NCBI GenBank assembly: GCA_036012755.1
Contig: DASCPX010000072.1
Coordinates: 1 to 55,016 of the forward strand
From: Myxococcota bacterium
Lineage (GTDB): Bacteria; Myxococcota_A; UBA796; CAJQPC01
Reading direction: 5' to 3'
Length of the DNA: 55,016 bases
Shown here: positions 28,110 to 38,083 of the stretch, one piece after another
Layout: each line of letters begins with the position of its first letter
Numbering within the stretch: position 1 is the stretch's first letter
Notes under the pieces: model-generated
Told to the model about the DNA's origin: nothing
What the model saw: only the letters and a program-made list of their open reading frames with translations
The model's database searches: none
Made by a program: the position numbers and the translations under genes

Positions 28110-29429
28110 ATGGAAACCCAGCAGATGATCGACCTGTGCAAGCGCCACACGCTCTTCAACTGGAGCGCCCGTGGGGCCGTCGCTCCGCTCCCCATCGCGC
28201 GGGCCGAGGGTGTCTACCTCTACACCCCCGACGGCGACCGCATCCTCGACTTCAACAGCCAGCTGATGAGCGTGAACATCGGCCACAGCCACCCCCGCGT
28301 CGTCGCGGCGATGAAGGAGGCCTGCGACGGCCTCATCTACAGCTTCCCCGGCTCGGCGACGGAGCCGCGGGCCCGCCTGTCCTCCAAGCTCGCCTCGATG
28401 CTGCCGGGGGACCTCGACACCGTGTTCTTCACCCTCGGCGGCGCGGAGTCGAACGAGAACGCGATCAAGCTCGCGCGCCTCTACACCGGCCGCCACAAGA
28501 TCCTGAGTCGCTACCGCAGCTACCACGGGGCCACGAACCTCTGCATGCAGATGACCGGCGACCCGCGGCGCTGGGCCAACGAACCCGGCAGCCCGGGCTT
28601 CGTGCGGGTGATGGACCCGGAGCCCTACTCCTTCAGCTTCGGCTCCAGCCCGGAGCAGCGCACAGAGAACAACCTGCGCTACCTGCGCGAGGTCATCGAG
28701 TACGAGGGCCCCCAGACCATCGCGGCGATGGTCATCGAGACGGTGACCGGAACAAACGGCGTTCTGCCTCCGCCCCCCGGCTACCTCCAGGGGCTTCGGG
28801 CGCTGTTGGATGAGCACGGCATCCTGCTCATCTGCGACGAGGTCATGTCGGGCTGGGGTCGCACCGGCAAGCTCTTCGCCTTCGAGCACGGCGACATCAT
28901 CCCGGACATCGTCACGATGGCGAAGGGTCTGACCTCCTCGTACGTCCCCCTGGGCTGCGTCGCGATGCGAAACGGCATCGCCCGGCACTTCGACGACAAC
29001 GTCTTCTGGGGCGGCCTCACCTACAACAGCCACCCGCTCGCGCTGAACATCGCGCTGGCGGTCATCCAGGTCTTCGAGGAGGAGGGGCTGGTGGAGCGCT
29101 CCGCCCAGATGGGCGAGGTCATGCGAGGCCACATGCAGACCTTGAAGGACAAGCACCCCTGCGTGCGTGACTTCCGCCAGATCGGGCTCTTCGGCATGGT
29201 CGATGTCCAGGACACCCGGGGCGAGCTCATCGCTGGCTACAACGGCAAGCACCCCGCCATGGCAGCCCTCGGCGCCCACTTCCGCCGCGAGGGGCTCTTC
29301 ACCTTCGTGCGCTGGTCACACTTCATGTGCAACCCGCCGCTGATCATCACCGAGGAGCAGCTCGCCGAGGGCTTCGACATCATCGACCGTGGGCTGGACA
29401 TCGTGGAGTTGGCGCTGGCTCAGGGGTAG
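28110..29429 (+). CDS. Class III aminotransferase (beta-alanine/taurine-type candidate)
   Basis: GGAESNENA, SYHGAT, LICDEVMSGWGRTG, PDIVTMAKGLT; ATG 28110 after GGAGG. Confidence 0.9.
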   Translation: METQQMIDLCKRHTLFNWSARGAVAPLPIARAEGVYLYTPDGDRILDFNSQLMSVNIGHSHPRVVAAMKEACDGLIYSFPGSATEPRARLSSKLASMLPGDLDTVFFTLGGAESNENAIKLARLYTGRHKILSRYRSYHGATNLCMQMTGDPRRWANEPGSPGFVRVMDPEPYSFSFGSSPEQRTENNLRYLREVIEYEGPQTIAAMVIETVTGTNGVLPPPPGYLQGLRALLDEHGILLICDEVMSGWGRTGKLFAFEHGDIIPDIVTMAKGLTSSYVPLGCVAMRNGIARHFDDNVFWGGLTYNSHPLALNIALAVIQVFEEEGLVERSAQMGEVMRGHMQTLKDKHPCVRDFRQIGLFGMVDVQDTRGELIAGYNGKHPAMAALGAHFRREGLFTFVRWSHFMCNPPLIITEEQLAEGFDIIDRGLDIVELALAQG

Positions 29430-30496
29430 CGCGTGAAGGTCGAGCCGGGCTGGATGGAGCTCAGGCCGTAGTACTGCCTGCGGGTTCCGCGGAAGTAGTT
29501 GGTCGAGGGGGCAGACAGCCGCGTGTACGTGAACTGCTGGCTGGCGGTGAAGGGGCCGTGGATCCAGGGGGCGTAGTCGGTCAGCCGAAAGGCCGAGTCC
29601 GTCCAGCGGTGCTCCGGAAGCCAGTCGCCGACCGCGAAGAGGCCCGAGCTCACGCTCAGCGGGCAGGCGCCGACGACCTGGGTCTGGAGGTGGTAGGTCT
29701 GCTGGATTCGGGCCGTCCACGAGCAGGTCGTGGTCCAGTCGATGAGCTGGAACTGCACGGTGCCTCGGACCTGGCCTCGGTTCCACGTGTAGCTCGGGGT
29801 GGAGACGGTCACGATGCGGGAGCCGCTGGGGGAGTAGAAGCCCCGCAGGTAGTTGTAGAGGTTCACCTCCGCGCTGAGACCCCCGGTGACCCGGCTCTTC
29901 ATCGCGACGTAGCACCCCTGATCTCCGAAGCACTCGTCGTCGAAGCAGTCGGTGTCGCCGTCGCCGTCGTTGTCGACGTCGTCGAAGCAGTCGGTCTCGC
30001 TGCAGCCCTCGCAGATGCCATCCTCGCAGTCGGAGAGCCCGTCGCAGTCGTTGTCCTTGCCGTCAGCGCAGAGCTCCTCGGCGCCCGGGTTCACCGTGTC
30101 GTCTGCGTCGTTGCAGTCCCCGTCGACGGCGGTCCAGCCCTCGCCAGGGTCCGCGCAGTCCTGCAACGAGGCCTCGTCGCCGCCGTAGCCGTCGAGGTCC
30201 CCGTCCCAGTACCAGGTGGTGGTCGCCAGCCCCTCGTCAATGGAGCCGTCACAGTCCTGGTCGACGCCGTCGCATTGCTCTTGTGCGCCCGGGTGGCGCG
30301 TCTCGTCGGTCTCCGCGCAGTCCCCGTCGGTCTCGACGTGGTCCGCGGGGGCCTCGCAGGCCTCCACGGCGGCTCCTGCGCCGTAGCCGTCCCCGTCGTC
30401 GTCCGGGTACCAGGACGTGGTGCAGGGGTCGGTCTCCGAGTCCGATGGCCGGTCGTCCGGGGGCTTCGGGCAGCCCGCGAGCAGGAGCAGGAGCAC
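29420..30496 (-). CDS. Lipoprotein with MopE-like putative metal-binding repeats and unknown C-terminal domain
   Basis: WYPDDDGDGYG, DC...PGA.E.CDG.D.DCDG repeats; VLLLLLAGC. Confidence 0.8.
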   Translation of the reverse strand: MLLLLLAGCPKPPDDRPSDSETDPCTTSWYPDDDGDGYGAGAAVEACEAPADHVETDGDCAETDETRHPGAQEQCDGVDQDCDGSIDEGLATTTWYWDGDLDGYGGDEASLQDCADPGEGWTAVDGDCNDADDTVNPGAEELCADGKDNDCDGLSDCEDGICEGCSETDCFDDVDNDGDGDTDCFDDECFGDQGCYVAMKSRVTGGLSAEVNLYNYLRGFYSPSGSRIVTVSTPSYTWNRGQVRGTVQFQLIDWTTTCSWTARIQQTYHLQTQVVGACPLSVSSGLFAVGDWLPEHRWTDSAFRLTDYAPWIHGPFTASQQFTYTRLSAPSTNYFRGTRRQYYGLSSIQPGSTFTRYP

Positions 30497-30520
30497 GGCT
30501 CAACGCTACCCGAGTGCAGC

Positions 30521-30549
30521 TTGCGTTTCCGTAGTCGAATGACTACGCT
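30521..30549 (+). promoter_or_regulatory. Leaderless sigma70-type promoter with overlapping palindromic operator
   Basis: TTGCGT-17 bp-TACGCT, 6 nt before ATG 30556; inverted repeat CGTAGTC-GAAT-GACTACG (30530-30547). Confidence 0.65.
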
Positions 30550-30555
30550 CGAGCG

Positions 30556-31134
30556 ATGAGCACCGAAGTGGTCGTCGTCCAAGGTCGAGCGGACGTCATG
30601 CGCGCCCTCGTCGAGGCTGCCACCATGCTCTTCGCGGAGCAGGGCATCTCCAGCACGTCCGTCCGGCGTATCGCCGCTGTCGCAGGGGTGAACCACGGAC
30701 TCGTGCATCGCCACTTCGGCTCGAAGGAGGCGCTGTTGCGCGCGGTCATGCGCAAGCTCGCCGCAGAGGTCATCGCCGCGATGCCGCCGGAGCGACCCGA
30801 CGAGACGATCAAGGATGTGCTCTACGGCGCGGTCGGCCCCAGCCAGCACCTCTTCAACCGCATCGTGGCGCGGGCCATGCTCGAGGGACGCGCTCCAGGA
30901 GAGCTCCAGGACGAGTGGCCGGTGGTCGAGCGCATGTTGAAGGCAGCGGCGAGGTCAGAGGGGGAGCTCAGCCCCGAGGCACACGTGGCGCTGATCATGT
31001 CCACGGGTCTCGGCCTGCTCTTCTTCCAGGACTACCTGCGCGAGGCAATCGGCCAGGACGAGGTCCAGTGGGCCTCGACGTGCGCCGAGTTCATGCGCTA
31101 CGCGACCCGAGGCGGAGCTCAGGGATCGGGCTGA
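30556..31134 (+). CDS. TetR/AcrR family transcriptional regulator
   Basis: LVEAATMLFAEQGISSTSVRRIAAVAGVNHGLVHRHFGSKEAL. Confidence 0.92.
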   Translation: MSTEVVVVQGRADVMRALVEAATMLFAEQGISSTSVRRIAAVAGVNHGLVHRHFGSKEALLRAVMRKLAAEVIAAMPPERPDETIKDVLYGAVGPSQHLFNRIVARAMLEGRAPGELQDEWPVVERMLKAAARSEGELSPEAHVALIMSTGLGLLFFQDYLREAIGQDEVQWASTCAEFMRYATRGGAQGSG

Positions 31135-31445
31135 CCTCTGTGGTCGGGCTGGAGTGGCGAGGTCGTCCAGGCGGCGTCTCGCAGCTCGTCGGCGTCGACC
31201 CGACCGTCGCCGTCCTGATCCCATCCGGCCATCGGTGTGCTCGACAGGTTCGCCCACTCCTCCGTATCGAGGTGGCCGTCACCGTCGCCATCGAGCACGC
31301 GCATGAGCTCCCAGGCCGACTGGGACGCCACCTTGCTGTCGTACTCGGCCCAGCTCCACCTGAGGGTGTTCCACCGCCTCGCGGCGACGAGGAGGAGCAG
31401 CGCGGAGGCGACGAGCAACAGCAGGGTCGTGCGCCGGGCGGTCAC
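31119..31445 (-). CDS. Small membrane-anchored EF-hand protein A
   Basis: N-terminal TM; DGDGDGHLDTEE and DQDGDGRVDADE. Confidence 0.8.
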   Translation of the reverse strand: MTARRTTLLLLVASALLLLVAARRWNTLRWSWAEYDSKVASQSAWELMRVLDGDGDGHLDTEEWANLSSTPMAGWDQDGDGRVDADELRDAAWTTSPLQPDHRGQPDP

Positions 31446-31466
31446 GAGGCGAATCGTACTCCCAGC

Positions 31467-32636
31467 CTATTCCCAGGTCTCGGGGTCGCCATAGCCAAGG
31501 GCCTCGGCGAGCTCGCGGATCTCGCGCTGGCGGAGGACACCGTCGAGGATCTCCCGCCGCGCGAACCACCGCCGAATGCGCGGACGCGCCGTCGCCATGA
31601 CCTTTGGGAGGGGAAGGGCGAGGCGCTCGCGGGCCGCGGGCGGGAGCTCCTCGCCGAGCCAGTCGAAGAGCTCGTCCAGCACGGCAAGTCGCGAGGGCGA
31701 GTCGCGCACGAAGTCCTCGAAGCGTAGGACGTGGCGGTCGAAGCCCTCGGCCTCGAGGATCGCGGCGTGGGCGCTGCGCCACTGGAAGGCGCAGACCTCT
31801 GGGAGTGGACGGCGCTCGTAGTCCTGCCAGCCCGGGGGAAGGTCGTACTTCCACCAGTGGGCGTCGGCTGGCCGGTGGTCCGTGTAGCCGGGGATCTCCA
31901 GGGGCGCGGGGAGCCGGTGGCTGTGGAAGCCGTGGAAGCGCCAGCCGTCGAAGAGGCCGTTGATCGCGCCCGCCGGGTTGCGCAGGAGGTGGAGCAGGCG
32001 GATGCGGGCCCTGGGAAAGAGCTTCGAGAGCAGCGGGAGGCGGTATGCGTTCGAGGGTGTCTTCACGAACAGCGGGCGGGTCCGCATCTCCTCCTCCGTC
32101 GCCCGGCGCCAGGGACTGATGGCGACGAAGGGCGGCTCCTCGAGCACCCGCTCTCCGGGCGGTCCGGTGGGTCCCGTGCCGCCCCACGGCAGGTCGTACC
32201 AGGCGGGATCGAGGCCCAGGCGCCGGAGGTTCTCGACGTGGTCGCCGACGATCGCCGTCCGTGGCAGCCGGTCGGGCCACTGCACGGCGAGGCGCCAGTC
32301 CAGATCGAGCTGCAGATCGGCCTGGTGCCCGGCGCGTTGGCCGATGTCGTAGGCGAGCTCGGCGGCGAAGAGCTCCGGGTCGCCCTCGTCGAGGCGGCTC
32401 AGGGCGTCGCTCTCGGGGAGGCCGGGCCACCCGTAGCCGGCGAGGCGCAGGAAGGGGTTGATCTCGGCGCGAAGGTGGAGCAGGCCCGGGATCTCGCGCA
32501 GGGCCTCGCTGAAGACGGAGCTCCCGCCCCGCGACGAGCTGACGATGAGGACGAGGTCGCGCACCTCTTCTCGCGGCTCGGGCCTGGGTCCGCGAGCCTC
32601 TCGGAGCTCGGCGAGCCGGGCGTGGAGAGCGTCCAT
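31467..32636 (-). CDS. Sulfotransferase-family protein, cytoplasmic
   Basis: IVSSSRGGSSVF (5'-PSB-like), FVKTPSN, HLLRNP, CAFQW, LRFEDF, AEALGY; start ATG 32636. Confidence 0.75.
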   Translation of the reverse strand: MDALHARLAELREARGPRPEPREEVRDLVLIVSSSRGGSSVFSEALREIPGLLHLRAEINPFLRLAGYGWPGLPESDALSRLDEGDPELFAAELAYDIGQRAGHQADLQLDLDWRLAVQWPDRLPRTAIVGDHVENLRRLGLDPAWYDLPWGGTGPTGPPGERVLEEPPFVAISPWRRATEEEMRTRPLFVKTPSNAYRLPLLSKLFPRARIRLLHLLRNPAGAINGLFDGWRFHGFHSHRLPAPLEIPGYTDHRPADAHWWKYDLPPGWQDYERRPLPEVCAFQWRSAHAAILEAEGFDRHVLRFEDFVRDSPSRLAVLDELFDWLGEELPPAARERLALPLPKVMATARPRIRRWFARREILDGVLRQREIRELAEALGYGDPETWE

Positions 32637-32661
32637 GGGGCGAGAGCCTATCCTCGCCGCG

Positions 32662-34074
32662 GTGTTTCTCCTCTTCGCCTGCGCCCCACCACCCAGCGAC
32701 GGCCCCCCGAACCTGCTCCTGGTCTCGCTCGACGGCGTCGCCGCGTTCCGCACCCACCTCGGCGGTGGGGACAACCCGAACACCCCGACCCTCGACCGCC
32801 TCGCAGCAGAGGGTCGCAGCTTCCCCCTGGCGTTCTCCCAGTCCAACGAGTCCCTCTTCAGCCACGCCTCGATGTTCTCGGGCCGCTACCCGAGCGAGAT
32901 CGCGGTGCCGACCTACGCGGCCTACTCGATCCCCGACGACGCGGTCCTCGTCAGCGAGATCCTCCCCCTCTATGGCTACACGACCGGGGCCTTCGTGGCT
33001 GGTGGCCACGTGAAGGGGGCCTACGGCTTCGACGAGGGCTTCGCCGTCTACGAGGACGACCACGACTTCGGCGCTCTCTTCCACACGGTGCCTGAGGCCC
33101 TCGACTGGCTCGAGGAGGTGCAGGAGCCCTGGTTCCTCGTGCTCCACGGCTACGACGTCCACCGGCCCTACCAGAAGGCCGGGGTCTTCGCCGAGGTCTT
33201 CGGCGAGGGACCCTCGGCGGCCACCCTTCGGGGCCTCTCCGGCACCGATCGCGTCTACCAGGGGCGCTACTACCCGGACTTCTCCGTCGAGCGGATCACC
33301 CACGTCACCGGCGACCCGATCGTGGATCCGGAGGGCTACCTGCGCATCGCGCGCTGGGCAGAGGGGCATGACGGGGAGCCCGTGAGCAGCGAGGACATCG
33401 CTGCCGTCGGCGACAGCTACGACGCCGCGGTGCTCGCCGCCGACCTGCAGCTCGGACGCTTCCTGGAGGAGGCTGGCGCCCGCGGTCAGCTGGACCGCAC
33501 CTTGGTGATCGCGACAGCAGATCACGGAGAGGATCTCCACGTCCACGGCCTCTTCAACCACCGGGCGCTGTTGCGCGACTCGACGACGCGGGTGCCCCTG
33601 GTCCTGTGGGGGGAGGGTGTGGAGCAAGGTGTGGACGAGGGCCTCGCCGCGGCTGTGGACATCGTGCCGACCCTGCTGGGCGCCGCTGGCGCCGTGCCTC
33701 CGGCGGGCGTAGCCGGGCGCGATCTGCTCTCTGCCGAGCCCGCTGCAGTCCATGTCTTCCAGGAGTCGGTCATGGACGAGCTCAGCGTGCGGAGCCAGAC
33801 CCACCGGCTCGTCTTCCGCGGCGTTCCGCCCGCCTTCGACCTCCTCGAGCTGGCCCTGGCAGTGGCGCCGATGCAGGCCCCCCACTTTGCCCTCTACGAC
33901 CTCCGCAACGACCCGGACGAGACCACCGATGTGCTCGCGGCGCAGCTCGAGGTGGCAGAGGAGCTCCGCGCCGCCATGCTCCGGTGGCACAGGGGGCTCT
34001 CGCGCGGTCAGCCCGGCTCGGTCGCGCGGGATCCGGAGCTGCTCCAGGCCCTCAGGGCGCGTGGGTACTGGTAG
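32662..34074 (+). CDS. Sulfatase-fold lipoprotein, NESxxSH type
   Basis: PNLLLVSLDG, QSNESLFSHAS, HGYDVHRPY, ADHGE, LYDLRNDPDE, LRARGYW; start GTG 32662 (VFLLFAC). Confidence 0.85.
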   Translation: MFLLFACAPPPSDGPPNLLLVSLDGVAAFRTHLGGGDNPNTPTLDRLAAEGRSFPLAFSQSNESLFSHASMFSGRYPSEIAVPTYAAYSIPDDAVLVSEILPLYGYTTGAFVAGGHVKGAYGFDEGFAVYEDDHDFGALFHTVPEALDWLEEVQEPWFLVLHGYDVHRPYQKAGVFAEVFGEGPSAATLRGLSGTDRVYQGRYYPDFSVERITHVTGDPIVDPEGYLRIARWAEGHDGEPVSSEDIAAVGDSYDAAVLAADLQLGRFLEEAGARGQLDRTLVIATADHGEDLHVHGLFNHRALLRDSTTRVPLVLWGEGVEQGVDEGLAAAVDIVPTLLGAAGAVPPAGVAGRDLLSAEPAAVHVFQESVMDELSVRSQTHRLVFRGVPPAFDLLELALAVAPMQAPHFALYDLRNDPDETTDVLAAQLEVAEELRAAMLRWHRGLSRGQPGSVARDPELLQALRARGYW

Positions 34075-34441
34075 CGAGCTCCCCGAAGTCGTCGACGCCG
34101 ATGGCCCGGAAGGCCTCGCCCCAGGCGACCAGCAGGGCCTCGTCATCGCCTGCTCGGGCCTCTGCCGAGGGGAACACAGGCTCCACACCTCGGGCCGCTG
34201 CCTCGATCAGCATGCGGTCCTCGAGGATGCGATCGAGGGCTCTGATCCCCCGGGCCTGGTCGGCGGCGAGGTAGTCGGCGGCGAGCTCCTCCTGCTGGTC
34301 CATTGGCGGCGGTGGGGGCCGCTCCAGCGCAACCGAGGGCGGGGGCATCGGGGCCATGTACAGGCCCGCAGCGAGCAGGCCAGTGAGCCCGAGGGCACTG
34401 GCGGCGCCCCAGCGCGCGCGCTCCCAGGACCGTGGTGTCAT
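34052..34441 (-). CDS. Hypothetical membrane-anchored protein
   Basis: N-terminal TM, Pro-rich linker, helical domain; TATACC 7 nt before ATG. Confidence 0.65.
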   Translation of the reverse strand: MTPRSWERARWGAASALGLTGLLAAGLYMAPMPPPSVALERPPPPPMDQQEELAADYLAADQARGIRALDRILEDRMLIEAAARGVEPVFPSAEARAGDDEALLVAWGEAFRAIGVDDFGELATSTHAP

Positions 34442-34468
34442 GAGCCCTGGTATATCCTTCGCTTCGCC

Positions 34469-34768
34469 ATGATCGACAAGCTCCTTGGGGCCGCCACCGC
34501 GGTCCTGGTCGTGCTCATCGGCGTCAGCCTCACCTCGAGGCCCACGCCGAGGGCTCCTCGGGCTGCCGCGGACCTCGCCGCCGTCATCGACGCCGACAGG
34601 GACGGGGTCGACGCCGCGGACTACGAGCGGGTCTCAGATGGGATCGTGCCCTTCGAGCTCGTCGATCTCGACGGCTCTGGTGAGCTGGAGGCCTGGGAGC
34701 TCGACGTGCTGCTGCGCACCCAGAGCCCCCTCGTCCCGCAACCCAACCGGCTCCCGCAGGTCTACTGA
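34469..34768 (+). CDS. Small membrane-anchored EF-hand protein B
   Basis: MIDKLLGAATAVLVVLIGVSL; DADRDGVDAAD and DLDGSGELEAWE. Confidence 0.78.
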   Translation: MIDKLLGAATAVLVVLIGVSLTSRPTPRAPRAAADLAAVIDADRDGVDAADYERVSDGIVPFELVDLDGSGELEAWELDVLLRTQSPLVPQPNRLPQVY

Positions 34769-34906
34769 GTGGAGAAGCTCACCCGCGCTGCGCTGCTCCT
34801 GCTTGCCCTGAACGTGATCGTGCTGGTGGTGCTCTACCTGCTGCCGATGCCCGATGAGGGCGAGATCCCGGGTCGAGATGCCCGCACCATCGTGGGCACG
34901 CCGTGA
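34769..34906 (+). CDS. 45-aa single-TM small protein (not in ORF track)
   Basis: VEKLTRAALLLLALNVIVLVVLYLLPMPDEGEIPGRDARTIVGTP; exactly fills the gap, and its stop overlaps the next GTG. Confidence 0.65.
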   Translation: MEKLTRAALLLLALNVIVLVVLYLLPMPDEGEIPGRDARTIVGTP

Positions 34907-37221
34907 GCCCTTCGACCCGCAGCATCCTCCTGGTCGTCGCGGCGATGGCCGCCTTTTCGCTGATGGCGCTGTTCACGCGGGCCGCGGACGCCAGCGCCTT
35001 CACCGTCGCCGCTTGGCGCGGCATCTTCGTCGCCCTTGCCTTCGGGTCGTGGATGATCGCCAAGGAGGGGCCTCGCAGCTTCAAGGTCGACGGCCAGACG
35101 CTTCGCATCGCCGGGATCATGGGCGTCGCGCTCGCGGTCGCCAGTGGGACCTTCGTCGCCGGCTACGTCTACACGACCGTCGCCAACACGATCTTCCTCC
35201 ACAACCTCGCCCCGGTGGTCGTGCTGCCGCTGGCATGGTGGGCCTTCCGGGAGCGACCGGGGGCCGCTGTCCTCGCTGGCGCCGCCATCGCCGTGGCCGG
35301 AATCGCGCTGTTGTCCGGTGTCTCTTTCGTGCAGGTCGCCCACTTCGCGAACCCCCAGTTCCTGCTCGGCGACGGCCTCGCCCTGGTCAGCGCGCTCGGC
35401 TACGCGGTCGTCCTCGTCGTCACCCGCGAGAGCCGGCAGCGGACAACGCCGATCGTCGCGACGTTGTTCTATGCCTGGCTCATCGCCGCGGTCCTGCTGA
35501 CGGCCACCGCGCTCCTGGTCGACACGATGGCCGCGAGCTGGACGAGCCTGCTCTGGATCGTCGGGCTGGCCCTGGTCTGCACCAACCTCCCCTTCGTGCT
35601 GCTGAACCTGGGCATGAGGCGGGTCGGAGCGGGGCTCGCGAGCGTGCTGTCGCTCTCAGAGGTCGTCTTCGCCACCCTGTTGGGCGTCGTGGTCTATGGC
35701 GAGGATCTCTCCCCCGCCGGCTGGCTGGGTGGGGGCCTCGCGGTCATAGGTGTGCTCTACGCCCTGCGACAGGGCGGCCGGGACTTCGAGGACCCGCGGG
35801 CCCTGCCGCATGCGGCCCGCGCCCCTCGATTGGTGCGTCTCGGCCTGGCGCTCGTGGCGCTGAACGCCGCTGGCATCGCGAGCCTGCTCGGCGGCGGGGC
35901 TGCGCTCCTGGCCTTCTGGGCGTTTCTCCGACTCTCACGCGGCGCACCCTCGGCGGTGGCGGTGTTCCTCGGCGCGCGCCGGGCTGCGTGGGCCCGGTGG
36001 GGCGCCGTCGCCCTGAGCGGGGTGGCTGGCGTCGTCGTCCTGACCCGCGCCTCTGAGCCCGAGGGCAGCGTCTTCGTCCTCGCCGGCGCGCTGTTGTTGT
36101 GGGGTGTCGACCGCTACGCCGCGGACAAGGAGCCTGCCGAAGCACGGGACCACGACCGGCTTGGCCAGCTCGCGCTGTTGGCGGTCGTCGCCGCAGAGGG
36201 CTTCGCGCTGCTCGCTCACGACGCCTCCATCTGGACGACCTGGATCGCTCGGGCCGCGCTCGCGCTCGCCGCCCTCGAGGTAGTCGCCAGCGGCATCCGC
36301 GGGAGCCTGCACCTCCGCCCGGCCCCGCCCCCACTGGGGGATCATGGGCGCTGGTTCCGTGCCCCGGTGCTGGTTGCTGCGGCGCTGTTGTTCTGGCTGC
36401 TCGGTGGCGTGCACGCCGTGCCGGCTGGCCATGTCGGCATCGTCGAGCGCTTCGGCGCCCCCCAGGCAGACCTCGCCGAGCCCGGTCTGCTCATCCAGGC
36501 ACCCCCGCCGATCGACCGGGTCGTCGAGGTCCACGTCGCCCGGGCCAGAGAGGTCGAGATCGTCGAGCCGGGGACGCCGCTGTTGTGCGGAGACCAGGGC
36601 ATGGTCTCGCTCTCCGCGACCCTCGCCTACCGGGTCGACGACCCCGTGCGGTGGACCTATGGATACGCCGACCCCGACGCCGTCCTCGCCGAACTGGCTC
36701 GTAGCGCCCTGGTGGAGATCCTGGCGGGGAGCTCTGCCGACGAGGTCCTCGCAGAGGGTCGCGCCGATGTCGAGGAGCGCAGCGCGGCGCGGACCCAGGT
36801 GGTAGCCGCGGAGCTCGGCGCCACGATCGACGCCATCCACCTCCAGGTGGTGCGCGTGCCCCCGCCGGTTCAGGCCGCCTTCCTCGACGTCATCAGCGCC
36901 GACGAGGAGCGCCTGACCACCATCAACGAGGCCCACGCCTACGCCGCGCAGGTGCTGCCGGAGGCCGGGGGCCGCGCGGTGGAGATCCTGGCCGCCGCCG
37001 ACATCTCGGCCTTCGAGATCGGCGCCCGCGCAGAGGTCGATAGGCAGGTCTTCGAGGCCATCTCGAGAGGAGGATCGCCCAGCGACCGCCTGACTCGTGA
37101 GCGCCTCGCCATCGAACACGCGGAGGCGACCCTCGCCCCCGCGAAGCTCCTCGTCGTCCCACGGGATCTGCGCCTGTGGATGGGCGACGTAGAAGCCTCC
37201 CCGACGCTGGAGATCCCATGA
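34903..37221 (+). CDS. EamA/DMT transporter fused to extra TM region and C-terminal SPFH (HflK-like) domain
   Basis: First ~285 aa are two EamA repeats (TTVANTIFLHNLAP, GDGLAL.SAL.YA, ASVLSLSEVVFA). C-terminus has GHVGIVERFG, LLCGDQGMV, PPPVQAAFLDV, INEAHAYA..LPEA.G. Confidence 0.85.
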   Translation: MSPSTRSILLVVAAMAAFSLMALFTRAADASAFTVAAWRGIFVALAFGSWMIAKEGPRSFKVDGQTLRIAGIMGVALAVASGTFVAGYVYTTVANTIFLHNLAPVVVLPLAWWAFRERPGAAVLAGAAIAVAGIALLSGVSFVQVAHFANPQFLLGDGLALVSALGYAVVLVVTRESRQRTTPIVATLFYAWLIAAVLLTATALLVDTMAASWTSLLWIVGLALVCTNLPFVLLNLGMRRVGAGLASVLSLSEVVFATLLGVVVYGEDLSPAGWLGGGLAVIGVLYALRQGGRDFEDPRALPHAARAPRLVRLGLALVALNAAGIASLLGGGAALLAFWAFLRLSRGAPSAVAVFLGARRAAWARWGAVALSGVAGVVVLTRASEPEGSVFVLAGALLLWGVDRYAADKEPAEARDHDRLGQLALLAVVAAEGFALLAHDASIWTTWIARAALALAALEVVASGIRGSLHLRPAPPPLGDHGRWFRAPVLVAAALLFWLLGGVHAVPAGHVGIVERFGAPQADLAEPGLLIQAPPPIDRVVEVHVARAREVEIVEPGTPLLCGDQGMVSLSATLAYRVDDPVRWTYGYADPDAVLAELARSALVEILAGSSADEVLAEGRADVEERSAARTQVVAAELGATIDAIHLQVVRVPPPVQAAFLDVISADEERLTTINEAHAYAAQVLPEAGGRAVEILAAADISAFEIGARAEVDRQVFEAISRGGSPSDRLTRERLAIEHAEATLAPAKLLVVPRDLRLWMGDVEASPTLEIP

Positions 37222-38081
37222 AGCGCAAGCTCGTCACCGGGGCTGTCGTCGCGATCGTCTGTGCCGCGTGCGTCTCGACGCTCTACACCGTCGACGCCCG
37301 CGAGGTCGCCGTCGTCACCTTCTTCGGAAAGCCGGTGGCCAACCGCATCGAGCCTGGCCTGTACGTCCGGGCGCCCTGGCCGCTCCACCAGGTCACCCGC
37401 TACGACCGCAGGGCACGGCTGCTCGACGTCGAGCCAGCAGAGGTGCTCACGAGGGACAAGAAGAACCTCGTCGTCGAGGCCTTCGTGCTGTGGCGCGTCG
37501 CCGACCCGGAGCGCTTCCTGGAGTCCGTGGGCAGCGCAGAGGCCGCCGAGACCCAGCTCTCCGACCTCGTCGTCAGCCGCATCGCCGCCAGCTTCGGACA
37601 GCGGGAGTTCCACGACCTGATGAAGGTCGGTGGCTCCGAGCCGACCCTGCCAGCCGATGTCGTGACCGCCACCGCAGAGGTCGCCAACGCGCGCCTCGGC
37701 GTCGAGGTGGTGGACGTGCGACTCCGCCAAGTCGGCCTGCCTGTCCAGAACGAGCAGTCCATCTACGAGCGCATGCGCGCCGAGCGTCGCCGCATCGCCA
37801 ACGCATACCGCAGCGAGGGCGAGGAGAAGGGCAGCGTCATTCGGGCCGAGGCCGATCGCCAGGCCGCCGAGATCCTCGCTCGCGCAGACGCGGAGGCCGC
37901 CGGTGTTCGAGCCGTCGCCGAGGAAGCGGCCGCTGAGAGCTACGCCAGGACCTACAAGCAGGACCCGGAGCTCTTCCGCCTGATCCGCCGCCTCGAGGCC
38001 AGCGAGGTCCTCCTCGACAACGACAGCGTGCTCGTGGTCGAGCAGGGCGCGCTGGTCGGTGCCCTCGTGGAGGGTCCCTGA
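37218..38081 (+). CDS. HflC-like SPFH protein
   Basis: VVTFFGKP, LTRDKKNLVV, WRVADP, IYERMRAERRRIANAYRSEG, DPELF. Confidence 0.88.
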   Translation: MKRKLVTGAVVAIVCAACVSTLYTVDAREVAVVTFFGKPVANRIEPGLYVRAPWPLHQVTRYDRRARLLDVEPAEVLTRDKKNLVVEAFVLWRVADPERFLESVGSAEAAETQLSDLVVSRIAASFGQREFHDLMKVGGSEPTLPADVVTATAEVANARLGVEVVDVRLRQVGLPVQNEQSIYERMRAERRRIANAYRSEGEEKGSVIRAEADRQAAEILARADAEAAGVRAVAEEAAAESYARTYKQDPELFRLIRRLEASEVLLDNDSVLVVEQGALVGALVEGP

Positions 38082-38083
38082 CG

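Noticed and set aside
31279..34188. 969-aa minus-strand ORF and similar long antisense ORFs (557-1876, 9340-11046, 26614-28128, 44731-46746)
   Set aside because: These are high-GC shadow frames over well-supported genes and carry no recognisable motifs.
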